A DNA stretch of 64,000 nt from Acidobacteriota bacterium. Lineage in GTDB: Bacteria > Acidobacteriota > UBA6911. This document shows, in pieces, positions 63,184 through 64,000 of the stretch. The translations under genes and the position numbers were made by a program. Location of the stretch: positions 11,466-75,465 of the forward strand of contig JBGQNR010000004.1 in the NCBI GenBank assembly GCA_041501225.1. The letters are read 5' to 3'. The notes below the pieces were generated by a model. The model searched no databases. It saw only the letters and a list, made by a program, of their open reading frames with translations, and was not told the origin of the DNA. Every line of letters begins with the position of its first letter. The first letter of the stretch is position 1.

Positions 63184-63846
63184 TTACTTGATCAGCTTGT
63201 CGAGGAAATCTCTCAGTGCGGGAAACGAAGGATCACCCGTGAATCGCTGCTGCCGGCCTGTCTCCGTAATGATGAACGTGGTCGGCGTTGAGATGACTGC
63301 ACGGCTTTGACCCAGAGCGACTTCCTGGTTAATGGTCGTGTCGATAGCCGGATCCGCGGCCATCTTTTTCAATTGATTCAGATCGGCGGGATCCAATGCC
63401 TTCTCGAGAGCCGCCTCGATATTTCCGTTCTCGGACCATGCCGCCTGCTGCGCGTAGAGAGCATCCGACACTTTCAGCCATTTGTCCGGGCCCAGGCGGT
63501 GAGCTGCCAAACCGAAGCGCACAGCCTTGCGTGCGAACTGATGGATATTCTCCAAGGGAAAATCGTGGTAAACGATGGAGACCTTGTCGATCTTGTTGGT
63601 TTTGGTGTATTCCGCCATAAGAGGCTTCAAAGTCTCCAAGTAATAGGTGCGGCAGACCGGGCATTGATAATCCGAAAACACCTCGATTTTGACCGGAGCC
63701 CCCGGGTGGCCGGCAAGATAGATTTCCTCTTGCTTGTTGCTGCCGGCCTGACCGGCCATTGACAGCACCGTTGCGAGAAATACGAACAAAACCGCCAACG
63801 CTAATCTGCATTCCCCTTGGTTTCTGCGCTTTAAATCTTGAATCAT
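63184..63846 (-). CDS. DsbA-family thiol:disulfide oxidoreductase (thioredoxin fold), exported
   Basis: Signal/anchor LALAVLFVFLATVLSMA. Active site FSDYQCPVCR. The start is uncertain (ATG 63846 or 63858; ORF track 63960). Confidence 0.85.
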   Translation of the reverse strand: MIQDLKRRNQGECRLALAVLFVFLATVLSMAGQAGSNKQEEIYLAGHPGAPVKIEVFSDYQCPVCRTYYLETLKPLMAEYTKTNKIDKVSIVYHDFPLENIHQFARKAVRFGLAAHRLGPDKWLKVSDALYAQQAAWSENGNIEAALEKALDPADLNQLKKMAADPAIDTTINQEVALGQSRAVISTPTTFIITETGRQQRFTGDPSFPALRDFLDKLIK

Positions 63847-64000
63847 ATCCAGCCTCATTCCCTCGACATTGGTTTGGATCAGTATACCTATCGGGCATGG
63901 CTGCTTGAAGCCCAAAAACCGGGTGAGGCCTCGAAAAGCGGGATCCACCAAGAGGATCAAAAAAGCGCATCTTTTTATTCTGATTTCATGCCCAAATAAT

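Overview
This is a high-GC, densely coding chromosomal segment with about 56 protein genes. I could recognise no rRNA, tRNA, CRISPR array, transposase, integrase or phage genes. It looks like core genome of an Acidobacteriota-type bacterium, based on an acidobacterial-style VWFA protein and several families of GC-rich intergenic palindromic repeats.

Most of the window is ordinary housekeeping:
- uvrC, yqeY-like, IMPase, lolA, lspA, ileS
- a heat-shock cluster: hsp20, hsp20, clpB, htpX, grpE
- gcvPA/gcvPB
- ruvC and yebC
- pyrE and truA
- uppS, cdsA, dxr, rseP
- rpiB and a fused E1 dehydrogenase

Accessory-looking parts:
- an emfourin plus protealysin-like M4 protease pair
- a c-di-GMP corner (EAL-HDOD, PilZ-like, NarL-type regulator)
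- two ECF-type sigma loci
- an orphan nuoF
- an anSME-like radical SAM enzyme with a SEC-C tail
- a 1284-aa multi-PAS hybrid kinase
- a Ser/Thr kinase gene split into three reading frames
- an HDAC-family gene next to a Memo-like gene

I found no convincing defence or mobile island. The best candidates for something new:
1. A sigma-less RsbW/STAS partner-switching pair sits directly downstream of an unusual BRCT-MerR-TPR regulator (53.7-55.8 kb). It is divergent from a ferredoxin-O-methyltransferase fusion.
2. Several long intergenic palindromic elements. One has MITE geometry, with terminal inverted repeats plus an 11-bp direct flank duplication at 59.3-59.6 kb. Another is a 265-nt triple-nested palindrome at 9.0-9.3 kb.
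3. The decaying zinc-ribbon/kinase/TM gene, and a gene remnant lying in frame behind the stop codon of the hybrid kinase.

All calls come from reading the sequence and the ORF track and recognising motifs. No database search or folding program was run. Start codons and element boundaries are approximate.
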